Assembly: GCA_020184695.1 (NCBI GenBank)
Contig: JAANOX010000277.1
Span: 65,879 to 129,878 of the forward strand
Source of the DNA: Histomonas meleagridis 2922-C6/04-290x
Lineage: Eukaryota; Protista; Parabasalia
DNA: 64,000 bases
Reading direction: 5' to 3'
Positions within the stretch are counted from its first letter, which is position 1, and each line of letters opens with the position of its first letter. The position numbers and the translations under genes were made by a program. The notes beneath the pieces are model-generated. The model was not told the origin of the DNA. It saw only the letters and a program-made list of their open reading frames with translations, and ran no database searches. This document shows, in pieces, positions 41,101 to 52,477 of the stretch.

Positions 41101-44100
41101 AATATATTTCATTTTCTTATTTCATCTTAAACTTACAAAACAAAAAAGAAATATTTGAAATATGTTTGAAACATATTAAATCTAATGAAATAGTTAATAA
41201 TTTCTTTGTAGAAATATTTACAAATATAATATCAGATGTAAAAGATTTATATAATGTAGAAGAATTAGTTGAAAATTGTTTTTCTTTATTATTCTCTTCA
41301 ACTAATGAAACATTATCCGGTTTATGTCAAGTAATAGTATCATTACTTCAAACTAAAACAGAAGTATGTCAACAATTTTCTCATTATACAATTGAATTAT
41401 TAAAATTAGTCTTTAAAAATGAAGACCCTAAAATCCAAACAAATTTATTTGATTTAATATATTGTTTAACATTTGGTGATTTAAATCCCGAAAACTTAAA
41501 TTATTTACGAGAAATTATGAACTTTCATACTGATCGATGGAATTATAAACCAATTAACTTCGAGAAGAATAAGAAATTAGGTTATTTAGGTTTAAGGAAT
41601 TTAGGTTCTACATGTTATATGAATTCTGTATTTCAACAACTTTATCATACATTACCATTTCGATTTTTAGTAATTACATTTAAACCTGAAGATGAATCTC
41701 AACAACATTTACAACGAATATTTGCGAATTTATATTTAAGTCAACGTAAATATGTCGATACTGCAGGTTTTTGTTCATGTTGGAAAGGTTGGGGTAAAGT
41801 TATAGTTAATACACATGAACAACATGATGCAACTGAATTCTTACAATATTTATTAGATCAATTACCAAAGGATTTATATTTCATGTTCCAAGGTGAAATT
41901 AAACATACATTTGAAGCTATTAATGATCCTTATAAATCATCGAATATTGAACCATTTTATACATTATGTTTAGAAATTAAGAATCGTAAAAATGTATATG
42001 AATCATTTAATTCATATATTGAAAGTGAACAAATATCTGATTTTAATGCTATAGATCATAAAGTTACTGTTAATAGTTATATTAAAATCTCTAAAGCGCC
42101 AGAAGTATTAATATTACAATTAAAACGATTTGAATATAACCTTGAAACATTTCAACGTTATAAAGTTAATGATCGATTTGAATTCCCTTATGATTTAGAT
42201 ATTAGTGATTATATGTGTGAAGATACAGATAATGCTAAATATAAATTAACCGGTGTAATATTACATGTAGGTACAGCTAATGGAGGACATTATTATAGTA
42301 TAATAAAGATTAAAGGTAAATGGATAACATTTAATGATACTGAAGTTTCCGAAATATCACAAAGTAAATTTGAAGAAGAAGCGTTTGGTAAAGAAGAGAA
42401 ATATTCATCTGTCTCGAATGCTTATGATGAATATTCTAATACTAATCCATCAGCAGTTTTATTATTTTATACAAAAATTAATTCTAATATTAATGTAACT
42501 GTTGAAGAGAAAGAAGTTAAATTAGATTTTAATCAAGAAATTAATAATTTTATTGATTATTTCCCTAAAGAATTAATTAAAGAAATAGAAATAGATAATG
42601 AAGAATTCATTAAAATGCAATCAATATTCTCAGAATCAATGTTTGAATTCATGTTAAATATTAATGATGTTGAAACTATCATTAAATATTTCATTAATAT
42701 CTTTTGTCATTCAGGTTTATCATCGAAACATAATCGTATTCATAATAAATTATGGGATTTAATGAATAGTTCAAAACAAATGATTGACTTCTCAATGAAT
42801 TATATCATAGAAAATCATCAAAGTATTGAAGAAATATTAATAAATTCAAGTTCTACTGAAATCACTGAAACATTAAAATGGTATTTATGGAATATCTTAA
42901 GGAAATCGAATGCAACAGAATCATTTAAATTTGTAAATGAATTCATTAAAATGTTAAATCCAGAACTTATGAAGACTTGGCGACAAATACCAAACTTTGC
43001 ATCAATTATACAATTATATTTATTAAGTGGAGAAGAAAGAGTTATATTAGCGATTAAGAATAATTGGGTTAATATATTAATCGAATTTATAGTAATGGTA
43101 TATTCTACACAACGTTCAAACTTAATATTACAAAACATTAATTTATCAAGTATATTTGATTCTTTATGTATTTTTATTCCACATGTTAAAGATTCTAATT
43201 TTAGTACTATAGTAAATTATAGTTCATTTATCATTCAATCACATGTCCAAACTCAATCATATTTAATATTTGCAAAGAAATTATATATGTCGAAGATCAT
43301 TAACTTAGCAACATTTATTCATACTGCTTCAATACAAACTAAGAGTGAAATTGATACTATATTTACTGTAGCTATACAATCATTAATCCAAAATAATGAT
43401 GAAAATGAAATGAATGAAGTATTAACTACATTACAAAACTCAACAAATTCATTATTATCATTAAGTACATTTGTAGAAAAACTTAATTCATTAGTTGCTA
43501 TTGATAATGATAAATCATTAATTAATTATATATTAAATCAACCAGAATTAATATTAAAGTTATTAACTAATAAAGATAAAGATATACGAATTACATCGGA
43601 ATATATAATATATGATATCTTTCATACAATACAAATGCCTAATGATGTACCAGCACGAGTTAAATCATTTAATATTAAACATGAAATTCAACAAGAAATT
43701 AATGAAGAAGATCGAAATAATTTATTAAATTTATATGAAAACATTAATAATTTCTTATTAGAAAATGTTATTGAAGATTGTACAAGTTATGTAACTAATC
43801 CTAATCTTAAAAAAGGATTTTTATTATTAAATTTATTTAGAATTTATAAATGGATTTTAGTTCGAATTGATTTATTAGAACAAGATAACTTCCCAATGAT
43901 TACTTTATTATATAATACATTTAAAGAAATGCAATTAAAATTCGATTATCATTTAATAGAATGTATTAAAATATTTTCATTATTCCCTTCTGAATTAATG
44001 AGCAATTTATTTAATGATATGTTTAATGATGTCTTTATAAATATTCAAAAATTAACTAATTCACAAATCTTTGAAGCATTAAATTCATTTTTACCTTATT

Positions 44101-45269
44101 TAGAGAAGACAAATCTTGAAGATATCCAATTCATTATTAATAATAATGAAATATTCCCAAAGATTTTTAATACATTAATGAAAATTAAAGACAAAAAATA
44201 TTCTGTGATATTTGACAAGTTTATGACGATCTTAACCAAATATCTTAATGAAGATCAAACCATTTATAATATTATTAAATCATTATTTAATGAAAAAATG
44301 ATCGATTTATTTGGTTATTGTGGTGATACATATTATAAATTATTTGGATTATTATATGATCATTTAGATAATGAATTTAAGTTATATATTAATGAACTTT
44401 GTATTAAAACAATTTCAAACATAATAATTGAAAATGAAAGTGAAATTATTGAAACTTGTTTAAAGTTTATCTTAAAGTTATTAAATGATACTTCATTAAA
44501 TTCAATTCAATCATTCGAAAAAATTAATATATCCAAATTTATTGATGAGATTTGTCATATCTATGATTATAGTAATTTGTTTTTAATTGTTGATATATTA
44601 TGTGAACACTTTGACAAAAATTTCCGTAAGCAATTATCCGAAAATATTACTGAAAAATGTAAATATTATTCATATTATTCAAATAGTAGAACCCCAACAA
44701 TGTTAAACCTTTTGAATTTCAGAGTTGAAAAGTTTATTAAAAACCCGATTAAACGTGCGCACAAGTTTGCTTATCTGTTATTAAATTCAGATAGTAACGT
44801 TGAAACTGTTCCAGTCTTTGTTTACATGTGTGAATTAATCGAAAAGAATCATAATGAAGCGGAATGGTTAATTGATGTTATACCAGAGATATATAAACAA
44901 GTTCTGATGAGTCATAAAGAAGTAGTTAAATACTTTAAGTTAACATCTGCATACGCAAGCTTTGATAAGGTCTTAAATATATTTATTACAATTAGTAAAT
45001 TCATTAATGAAATTGCTCCAACTACAGATTATACAAACTTAAAATGTTATTATATGCAAATTGGTATAATGGCAAAGTTACACCAAGATAAATATGAAGA
45101 ATTTGCTTTGTACTTACCAGAGCTTGTAAGACCTTTGCCTCAAGAATATGGTAAATACTTACAGAGAATTGAACGAACTAAATCAGAAATAATGGAAGAA
45201 CAAAGGAGAATTAGTATGAATAGGGTCTTTATTGGTGAATTTGATGATGATGATGATGATGATGATTAA
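38193..45269 (+). CDS. Large ubiquitin carboxyl-terminal hydrolase (USP9/24/34-like, peptidase C19)
   Basis: Cys box GLRNLGSTCYMNSVFQQL, QHDATEF, LQLKRFEY, His box GVILHVGTANGGHYYS, WITFND. Confidence 0.93.
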   Translation: MNPEEDFGTWSAIFISSLEIGGEYSKLLPACRRLMVDVLENSHLKGDLEQETDNFVTNTIPFTIQKFLGFGYVYPDNLKEILNFLLIASKFIPWANLNENYQLSNAYLIIFNKEATFYQKNSTYPSNVYYKLVRKIVESDTFGPVVERCQDEEKRKLENFELLFSIYATIKENLTFSESVDMSQVSEVAPRFLSYLRNVGDKVREFDITILTKTFNAFMSLIVASPTKVESSLLSELMSYSEFLLTTSVLNLQLIGGQILSKIYDKKFYFGTAFNKWAKETKVAEKIVEQYLHPKLLEYLKPFLHKILRPEHLELFWDRAQTAHSSEKNSLLSIVAKMLGKSDKKTTLAFINRVTSNEVIAPEMLMFIANIIESIAKKEFQPDLSFEISKCLIEVGKTQQNNEGLMPAIIATAKITQSGLNKKIIDYCAQKFDDEENQAYYCDIIYCMIKDSYFENGSNLIEILIEKMPKNGNTNNLNNFYRLLSLIYEKKYDPISTSIFLKLATSGVNDYLWNFLKIRLEEKGIKAFDKETDEEIFKVASKIDFEKATSTFIEFLKIFILVSNYREEKVENIYKYYNTAYVYSTLPKEFVIVSLPLNYSNLLFQVLSYVKSPLIASEAEEVILFLFSKLNENLTTKRNDILINYFHVTLNINNLAILRSLRLLQMMIDKESQFVDLEDLGYEAHKSKNSDNDLYVQVKIIYKQNEYMMKANLGLTSTEFKKKVGMKLDIDPESIYLYHDNHYILQYKTQHLSDYVEKLNEVFEIKVSTMVTYETKESKKNKSEYLIVRLINTDFSTILLKLLEENNDYYFCNQMYQLLNRLPNNNEVKLSLTNPETITNNFKETKSSFVFVYKLQILISDNITIPNEMYELLMQYLLSKNPPFKGITRILNLIMRNINNIILNDYINELIPYLLNLLLNKLIRKSTIKSSCELLNYIVQIDPETVTNITQKHMDLIERIMELIDNKDNEYISFSYFILNLQNKKEIFEICLKHIKSNEIVNNFFVEIFTNIISDVKDLYNVEELVENCFSLLFSSTNETLSGLCQVIVSLLQTKTEVCQQFSHYTIELLKLVFKNEDPKIQTNLFDLIYCLTFGDLNPENLNYLREIMNFHTDRWNYKPINFEKNKKLGYLGLRNLGSTCYMNSVFQQLYHTLPFRFLVITFKPEDESQQHLQRIFANLYLSQRKYVDTAGFCSCWKGWGKVIVNTHEQHDATEFLQYLLDQLPKDLYFMFQGEIKHTFEAINDPYKSSNIEPFYTLCLEIKNRKNVYESFNSYIESEQISDFNAIDHKVTVNSYIKISKAPEVLILQLKRFEYNLETFQRYKVNDRFEFPYDLDISDYMCEDTDNAKYKLTGVILHVGTANGGHYYSIIKIKGKWITFNDTEVSEISQSKFEEEAFGKEEKYSSVSNAYDEYSNTNPSAVLLFYTKINSNINVTVEEKEVKLDFNQEINNFIDYFPKELIKEIEIDNEEFIKMQSIFSESMFEFMLNINDVETIIKYFINIFCHSGLSSKHNRIHNKLWDLMNSSKQMIDFSMNYIIENHQSIEEILINSSSTEITETLKWYLWNILRKSNATESFKFVNEFIKMLNPELMKTWRQIPNFASIIQLYLLSGEERVILAIKNNWVNILIEFIVMVYSTQRSNLILQNINLSSIFDSLCIFIPHVKDSNFSTIVNYSSFIIQSHVQTQSYLIFAKKLYMSKIINLATFIHTASIQTKSEIDTIFTVAIQSLIQNNDENEMNEVLTTLQNSTNSLLSLSTFVEKLNSLVAIDNDKSLINYILNQPELILKLLTNKDKDIRITSEYIIYDIFHTIQMPNDVPARVKSFNIKHEIQQEINEEDRNNLLNLYENINNFLLENVIEDCTSYVTNPNLKKGFLLLNLFRIYKWILVRIDLLEQDNFPMITLLYNTFKEMQLKFDYHLIECIKIFSLFPSELMSNLFNDMFNDVFINIQKLTNSQIFEALNSFLPYLEKTNLEDIQFIINNNEIFPKIFNTLMKIKDKKYSVIFDKFMTILTKYLNEDQTIYNIIKSLFNEKMIDLFGYCGDTYYKLFGLLYDHLDNEFKLYINELCIKTISNIIIENESEIIETCLKFILKLLNDTSLNSIQSFEKINISKFIDEICHIYDYSNLFLIVDILCEHFDKNFRKQLSENITEKCKYYSYYSNSRTPTMLNLLNFRVEKFIKNPIKRAHKFAYLLLNSDSNVETVPVFVYMCELIEKNHNEAEWLIDVIPEIYKQVLMSHKEVVKYFKLTSAYASFDKVLNIFITISKFINEIAPTTDYTNLKCYYMQIGIMAKLHQDKYEEFALYLPELVRPLPQEYGKYLQRIERTKSEIMEEQRRISMNRVFIGEFDDDDDDDD

Positions 45270-45359
45270 ATGAATTCTTTTATAAAAGAAAAAATTGGCT
45301 TCGATTTTTTTGTTTGGTTTACTTGTGTAAAGACTTCAAAATGTGGTGGTTTGGCCCCT

Positions 45360-45364
45360 CCTTT
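45360..45364 (+). promoter_or_regulatory. CCTTT (M5-like) element upstream of RPS8
   Basis: CCTTT 16 nt before the ATG at 45381, the same motif as at RPS3A. Confidence 0.45.
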
Positions 45365-45380
45365 CGAGAAAGAAAAGAAA

Positions 45381-45980
45381 ATGGGAATAACGCGTATGGG
45401 AGACCTGAAGCGGGCGAAATCTGGCGCTCGATCAGTCGCGTGGCGTAATAAGCGTAACCATGCTGTCGGTCGTCCGGCAGCAAATACACGTATTGGTGAA
45501 AAGAGAATTCATCTAGTAAGGACACGTGGCGGTAACTATAAGCGTAGAGCACTCCGTCTTGACCATGGAACTTTCTCTTGGGCTTCAGAAAACGTTTCTA
45601 GAAAAACGCGTATCCTTTCAACAGTTTATCACCCATCAGATAACGAATTCGTACGTACAAATACGCTTACAAAGGGCTCAATCGTTTCAATCGATTCTGC
45701 TCCTTTCAAACAATGGTATGAACGTCATTACGGTAAAGGTCTTGGGAGATCTCAATACGAAAAGCCTGCAAATGTAAGCGAAAGAGTGAAACAAAGATGG
45801 GAAAAACTAGCTAACGAAGCTCCACTTGCTAATAACTTAGTTTCACAATTCGACCAAGGTCGTGTTCTTGCTGCTATCGCATCTCGACCAGGTCAATGCG
45901 GTCGCGCTGATGGATATATCCTCGAAGGCGAAGAACTTGACTTCTACATGGCTCGCGTTTCAAAGAAGGGTAAGAAATAA
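45381..45980 (+). CDS. RPS8: 40S ribosomal protein eS8
   Basis: MGITR..., RTRGGNYKRRALRLD, SRPGQCGRADGYILEGEELDFY. The track's upstream extension is not part of the protein. Confidence 0.97.
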   Translation: MGITRMGDLKRAKSGARSVAWRNKRNHAVGRPAANTRIGEKRIHLVRTRGGNYKRRALRLDHGTFSWASENVSRKTRILSTVYHPSDNEFVRTNTLTKGSIVSIDSAPFKQWYERHYGKGLGRSQYEKPANVSERVKQRWEKLANEAPLANNLVSQFDQGRVLAAIASRPGQCGRADGYILEGEELDFYMARVSKKGKK

Positions 45981-46162
45981 ATACATTTAATTTCTTGTTT
46001 TAAAACTTTCATAAGTTATGTTTTGTTTTGCAACAAATTTAAAAGCTTCAAATTAAATTATCTGATTAAATGGGATCGTAGTAAATGTTTATAATGCAGA
46101 AAATCAAAAAATAAAACAAAAATTTTGGATAATTATTCTTTATTAAAATCATGTGATTTTAA

Positions 46163-47584
46163 TTACTTATCACTGATTTCCTCGGGGTTTAAATCGTTAT
46201 CTTGGTTTACAATTGCATCTTCTTGGAACTGTACATATTCTTCTGCTGACAAATTTTCCGATGGTTGATGGAAATATATTGTAAAAGCCATACAAGTCAA
46301 ATGTACGAACTCAAAGGTCAAAATTCTTTTATTTGATGCGATGAAGTCGGTATTAAATAAACAATATGTATTTGAGAACAATGTTGAAATATCTGTAATA
46401 ATGAGCATAACCAAACAAAATATGACTTGGCGTGGCCGCTTTGAGTAGTTATTTATGAGTAAAATAATCAGATAAATTACCGTTAAAACAACATAAACGG
46501 CATCAAAAAGTGAATTCACTTTTTCACTGTAAAACGGTTCGAGAAATGGCGTTGGTGAAAAGTTACTGTTGAAGCGCTCATGTAAGGCTAGTGCCATGAT
46601 GAAAAAGTTAGAGCCAAAGGCAATGATAAATAATACTATGAATATCATGTTGACGGAATTATTATGACGTATACGTTCGATGATGGCAAATATTGAGAAC
46701 CGGAAGAAGGAAATAGCAAGTGCAATACAAATTGGTGCTAACATGAGATAAAATTTGGAATCATTAAGGAATATTGAAATTGGATTTGAAGCAGAAATAC
46801 CAAGAATGGCAAGGACAATACACATAAAGCGAATAAACTTGCTTTCGCTCTTGAAAGAACTCATTGTGAAGACAATAAGCATATATACAAAAAGGATTGA
46901 ATTCAAAAATCCTAAGGAATCAACAAACCTTTGGGAGTTTGGATTATAATATGTTGTAGTAAATTTGATAGAGTTGATCTTTTTATAGTTTGCTTTGATA
47001 GATATTTTGAGAAGTGCTGAATCAAAATCATCAATAGGAGTAGAAAGAATTGACACCATTTCACTACTTTCTTGGTTGGCTTCAAACATAACATTTTTGG
47101 TTTGACCATTTAAACTAGCATTTTTAACCATAGCTTGTTTTTTATAAAAAATTATTTGATGATTAATTGTAATATCCATGCCTTCTTGAATTGATGCTTC
47201 ATTACGTATTAAAGTAAGATCAACATCAATAAAAGAATGCCTTGTTGATAAACTTGAAAATGATACTTCAAAATCAATTGGTGAAATTTCATTGTAATCG
47301 ACTGTAGAATAAATGTTTTGTCTTAAGCTAATGTTAGAAGGTGCTATCAACCCAGAATAAATCTGCATCAAAACAAAACATATAAATACAATATATGTAG
47401 ACTTAAGAGACTTTGTTGGCGCATTTTCAAGAAGGGTAGATGAAGTCAAATCATTATCTTGAATTTCGACGCTCTGTAGATCTTGTGTTGATTGGGGCCC
47501 AATCGACATATTGAATGTAATGTATTCAAAAAGTTGACTTCGGCTCAAACATTTTCCGCCAATGGCATTCTGAAGTTTGGCCAC
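46163..47584 (-). CDS. Multi-pass membrane protein, TMEM181/Wntless-like topology
   Basis: One N-terminal TM segment, a luminal beta-rich region, then about 7 hydrophobic segments. Family assigned by topology only. Confidence 0.4.
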   Translation of the reverse strand: MAKLQNAIGGKCLSRSQLFEYITFNMSIGPQSTQDLQSVEIQDNDLTSSTLLENAPTKSLKSTYIVFICFVLMQIYSGLIAPSNISLRQNIYSTVDYNEISPIDFEVSFSSLSTRHSFIDVDLTLIRNEASIQEGMDITINHQIIFYKKQAMVKNASLNGQTKNVMFEANQESSEMVSILSTPIDDFDSALLKISIKANYKKINSIKFTTTYYNPNSQRFVDSLGFLNSILFVYMLIVFTMSSFKSESKFIRFMCIVLAILGISASNPISIFLNDSKFYLMLAPICIALAISFFRFSIFAIIERIRHNNSVNMIFIVLFIIAFGSNFFIMALALHERFNSNFSPTPFLEPFYSEKVNSLFDAVYVVLTVIYLIILLINNYSKRPRQVIFCLVMLIITDISTLFSNTYCLFNTDFIASNKRILTFEFVHLTCMAFTIYFHQPSENLSAEEYVQFQEDAIVNQDNDLNPEEISDK

Positions 47585-47702
47585 TTCTGTAACGAATTCG
47601 TTGAAGCTTCACTTGAAGTGCGTAACATTTTTTTAGGCATTCGGTAACTATTAAGTCCCAAAATATATTCAGCAGAAGAATATTTTTCATTATTTTTTTA
47701 TT

Positions 47703-49823
47703 TTAATTTGAAATACGAAGTAACCTCTTAATCTTAATGACCAATTGCCAATCATTCTTAGTCAGTTCATCTCTAAAGTGTTCCTTCAAAATGTCAATTA
47801 ACTCACGATTTAATCTGCTAACAATTTCATCTCCTGGCTTAAAATCTTTTCCTGCAACTAATGAACCATCTGCTTGTGATCTAATTGATATTGATACTTC
47901 TGCTCCTGTTTGTGCCACATTTGTATCAACGTTATCTTTCTTAATTGTATCTACTGTTCCAAGGTAAATCGGTTTTTTATCGACAATAACCGAAATTGGG
48001 GTACCCTTAATCAGTTTGCCGGCGGTTACTCTGACGCCCATAATGATCGGTTTGGAGCGGTTAAATATCATATCAGGTAAAACTTCTAATGAAACAGGAA
48101 AAACAGCCTTTTGACGTGCGTTTTCTCTCTTTTCTCGAGCTAAGTTATCTAAATATTCCTCGTACATATCTGTTAAATGATAAATAATCTTTGCGGGGAA
48201 TATTTTCACCTTAACTTCATCAGCAAATTGTTGTGCTTCTGGTGTAATTGAAACATCGAATGCTAAAATGACAGCATAGTTTGGATTCTTTTCAACCATT
48301 GATGATATTTGGATGACATCTTTCCGATGAACAGGTCCAATGCCAACATGTGAAACTTTGACATTTTTGTCTTTCAAATATGACAAAAGTGCTTCAAGTG
48401 ATCCGAGTGTTGATGCTTGCACAAGTACGCCTTCTCCTGTTTTGTCGACTTGATTAAACACTGATTGGACATCCATGTTAACTTTCTCCATCAAATCATC
48501 AATCTCATCTTGGCTACCAGTCTTGGAAACAAATAGCTCGGAGCCTGCAATAGCTCCTTCGAGTCCTGGAGCGGCGATCTTACAGCCCATAGCTGCGTAG
48601 ATGACATCGTGATGTAACCATTCACCTTTAACTCGAAGTTCTTTTAATGGTTGTGGGGTTAATAATGCACGAATATGAGTTACAATTGGACCGTCAATGC
48701 CTGCGATAACAATCGTGTCATCAACATGTAATTCACCATTAACTAATATGACATCTAATGTGGTTCCAATTCCTTCTTCGACTTTGACTTCTAAGACAGT
48801 GCATTGAAGTTGGTCACTTGTGGTAAGCTTTCGTGTCATTTTGTTTTGGGTGAGTAATTGAACAAGCATCAAAAGATCTGGAATACCTTCGCCTGTAATG
48901 GCTGAAGTGGGTACAATTGGATATGATGTGATTTTATCTTTGACGCCAAAGCGCATTCGGAAATATGGCTCTGCATTTAGACCTTGTTCTTGGAATTCAA
49001 CTTGAACTTTCTCAATACGTTTCTTAAAGATATCTTTGCAATGTTGGGATTGACGTTTGAAGGTTTCTGGGAATGGTTGGTTTGGATGTGGACGCCAATC
49101 TGAGATTCTATCGATCTTATTAAGTGCAATAATAAAGGCACTGCGCTTCTCTTTGAGAAGATTGATGGATTCGATGGTTTGGGGTTCAATTCCATGCATT
49201 ATATCGACAACAAGAATGGCAATATCACATAATGATGAACCACGTGAACGAAGATTGGTAAAGGATTCGTGTCCAGGGGTATCGATGATAAGAAGACCAG
49301 GTAATTTGTATTCAAGTTGGTTCTTGTTATGGAAATATTCGGTCATCTTTTGAAGAGTAGTGGATGGGAAGTAAGTAGCGCCAATTTGTTGAGTGATACC
49401 ACCTTCTTCACGATCTTGGACGTTTGTTTTACGGATTTTATCAAGAAGTTTTGTTTTACCTGTATCAACATGTCCCATAATAACACAAATTGGTGAACGA
49501 AGTTTGGGATCAACATTACTTGGTTGTTCTGGCGGTTCTTCTTTTTTCTTATTTGCATCTTTTTGTGCATTTTGTTTTCCTTTTGATTTAGGTTCTTCTT
49601 TCTTTTGAGGTTTTGGCTCTTCTTTCTTTCGAGGTTTTGGTTCTTCCTTCTTTTCGGGTTTTGGTTGTTCCACTTTTGGCTTTTCTGGTTCTATTTCTGC
49701 TGGTTTTTCATCAACAGCATCTTCCCAAGACTCAGCTGGAGCTTCATCATCAGCACCCCATAGGGTTTCTTCATTTGTTTCGCCATTGTCATCTGATGAA
49801 AAATCTATATCGTCTATGTTCAT
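47703..49823 (-). CDS. EIF5B: Translation initiation factor eIF5B
   Basis: LRSPICVIMGHVDTGKT, DTPGHESFTNLRSRG, NKID, TSAITGEG, IIYHLTD. Confidence 0.97.
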   Translation of the reverse strand: MNIDDIDFSSDDNGETNEETLWGADDEAPAESWEDAVDEKPAEIEPEKPKVEQPKPEKKEEPKPRKKEEPKPQKKEEPKSKGKQNAQKDANKKKEEPPEQPSNVDPKLRSPICVIMGHVDTGKTKLLDKIRKTNVQDREEGGITQQIGATYFPSTTLQKMTEYFHNKNQLEYKLPGLLIIDTPGHESFTNLRSRGSSLCDIAILVVDIMHGIEPQTIESINLLKEKRSAFIIALNKIDRISDWRPHPNQPFPETFKRQSQHCKDIFKKRIEKVQVEFQEQGLNAEPYFRMRFGVKDKITSYPIVPTSAITGEGIPDLLMLVQLLTQNKMTRKLTTSDQLQCTVLEVKVEEGIGTTLDVILVNGELHVDDTIVIAGIDGPIVTHIRALLTPQPLKELRVKGEWLHHDVIYAAMGCKIAAPGLEGAIAGSELFVSKTGSQDEIDDLMEKVNMDVQSVFNQVDKTGEGVLVQASTLGSLEALLSYLKDKNVKVSHVGIGPVHRKDVIQISSMVEKNPNYAVILAFDVSITPEAQQFADEVKVKIFPAKIIYHLTDMYEEYLDNLAREKRENARQKAVFPVSLEVLPDMIFNRSKPIIMGVRVTAGKLIKGTPISVIVDKKPIYLGTVDTIKKDNVDTNVAQTGAEVSISIRSQADGSLVAGKDFKPGDEIVSRLNRELIDILKEHFRDELTKNDWQLVIKIKRLLRISN

Positions 49824-50691
49824 TACGATTTATCTTACCGGCCAAGAGAAATGTGAAAAACTGTTTTAAGTAAAGCGTTCAATTTTTATCTGAATGATCG
49901 ACCAAAGGTCAACGATAGAAACAAGGCAAAAATTAGTGAAATTTTCCAATACCAACAGACCAAGTTAAAATTGTCTTCGAGAGTGATCAAAGAAAAGTTC
50001 GGAAAAACTGTTTGTATCGTACCATCGGGATAATTTCTTCTGCTGAATTTCGAGAAAAATTATTTCTTATTCAAACAAAATTTTTTATCAATGGAGATTC
50101 TATTGATACAATGCATTAAACTCGGCTTGCGATTTTTACCCATCTTATATAGCGATCATCCTACGATCTTGATATCATAAATATATAATATATATACATG
50201 GTTGCATCTATGATTAATATAAATCTAAGAATTATATTATGATTAGCACGAGATAAATTTATTCTTTCATTCCAAAAAGTGACAAAAATCGACTTTTGCA
50301 TGATTTATATCAAACAATATCAACAACGATAAATGACGATAGGAGCGAATTTGAATGATGGTAAATATTATCAAAATTTTACCCTTTATTCGATCAGATA
50401 CGTTGTTTGTTTGTTTCTATCATTTTAATTTGTAAACAGCCAAATTAAAAGATTCTTGGTTTGTTAAAAAATGAAAATATTGATATTTTATCATAGAATC
50501 GTGATTTGTTATTTATTCCAAATAATTATATGAAATCTTGATTTTCTTGAATTTATGAATTTATTGAAAAAATGAATGATGTGATAATTTTTGTAACACC
50601 TTAATGATGTACTTATTTAACCTGATTAATAATTTATTATGTCATTTTGTTATTGTACAATTATTTAAACCCAATAATGATAATGATAATG

Positions 50692-52259
50692 TTATATTAA
50701 TAGTTCGCTAAACACAACTGAATTAATAATTGAATGTGATTTCGAAAATGTATTTGATTTAGAAAACTTATTCGATTTACTAAATAAATATGATTGTGTT
50801 AATGTATGTGTTGAGTAAATATATTGAGAACTTCCTTCATTTATAATCACCTGCGCTTTCCATTCATTCATCTCGGATATCATCTAATAAATTAACATTT
50901 ATAAGTTTTTTAAGTGCAAGATAAATTATTTGCACATTATTACTGTAATAACCCACATGAAAGATTCTCGAAAAATCCTGAATTAAGATCATATGGGAAA
51001 ACTTCATTTCGAATCAATTTATTATCAGATCCTATTAGTGAAACAATCGCAGATTGTAATAATGGAAATTTGATATTTAAAGATAATTCTTTATTATATA
51101 ATACATATAATGCCATTATAACGCTAATCAATTGATTAGTCATATCTTTTTCAAAATTAATTTGCATGTTAAGAAATGATTCATTGTTAATATATTATAA
51201 TCTTTTGTTTCATCAAGTTGAAAAGAATCAACGTTTTCACATAAAACGTGTGTCTTTTGTGTTTCTCTTTCATGTTGTGTTAAATGATTAACATTTAATT
51301 CTTGATTATCATCGAAACGAATGTTATTATGATATGAAATAAATGAATCGCCATAAATATTTGGAATACAATCACATTAGAAATCAGAAACAATAATGTT
51401 ACTTTTATAAGTAATAAATTTTGTTATTGTATCACTACCTGCATAAAAAATATTACCATTAAAATTAATATTTTTTATTCTATTTCAAATGTGACATTAA
51501 TATTATTTTCAATATCATTAATTATTTTTTGAGTTCCAAACATTTTCCCAGACGGTATTTTTATATTAATATTATTTTTATAGAAATGTATTTAATTTTT
51601 ATTGTACTATATATAATAATAAAATGATTCCAATCACCTTGTTGAATTATATATAAAATTTGGTTCTCTTTGATTAAATACTTTATCTTTAAATTTATTA
51701 TTATTAAAATAATTTATATAATAATTAGTGAAAGGTCTTGCTGTTTTTACTATTTCATCTATTGGGATATCAACAGTTTGTTCAGAAATATAACGAATTA
51801 AGGTTTGAATATATAACTTGACTAAAAATATATTATCAGATTCTAAACAAACAATTTTTAATTTGATGACATCTTCGAATTTTATCGATTCCTTAAAATT
51901 AAGTTCTACTTCCTGAATTGTTTGATAAATTCTTGGTTTATGGAAACGATAAAGTTTACAATGTTGAGTGAATAATGCTTTAACATATTTATTGTAAATG
52001 AATTCATTAAAACTTAATATTTTCCTTCTTCATTTTGAAATGAAAGTATATCAATAAAATCAGATCCATCTGAAACAATTATTGCAAAAATAGAAATAAG
52101 ATGATACTCAAAAAAATCATTAGAAATTGTTAATATAATTTCTTTAGTTAATTTTTTAATTAACAAATTAGAATTCTGATTTGATATGTATCTAAATCCA
52201 TAAATAATTTGTGGGAATGTTAGAATTATTGAATGCATTTGATACTGTGCAATAAACAT
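50692..52259 (-). pseudogene. Fragmented remnants of a probable surface-protein-like gene
   Basis: Short ORFs 52014..52259 and 50692..50883, the latter with FSKSNxFS repeats. No continuous frame. Confidence 0.25.
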
Positions 52260-52477
52260 AAAATACTATGTAATAAGCATGGAATACTTTGGAGATCTTC
52301 ATTTGTGATATATAAGCATTTATAAAAATTTATTTACTTACTAATGCTACTAAATCATAAATATTAACATTAAGCAAACTTTTGCAAAATATAAATTTCT
52401 AGAAACATAACAAAATACAAGAATTATACTCAAAATTTAAAGTTTAGAAAATTAATGATTATATAATTTTATTTATA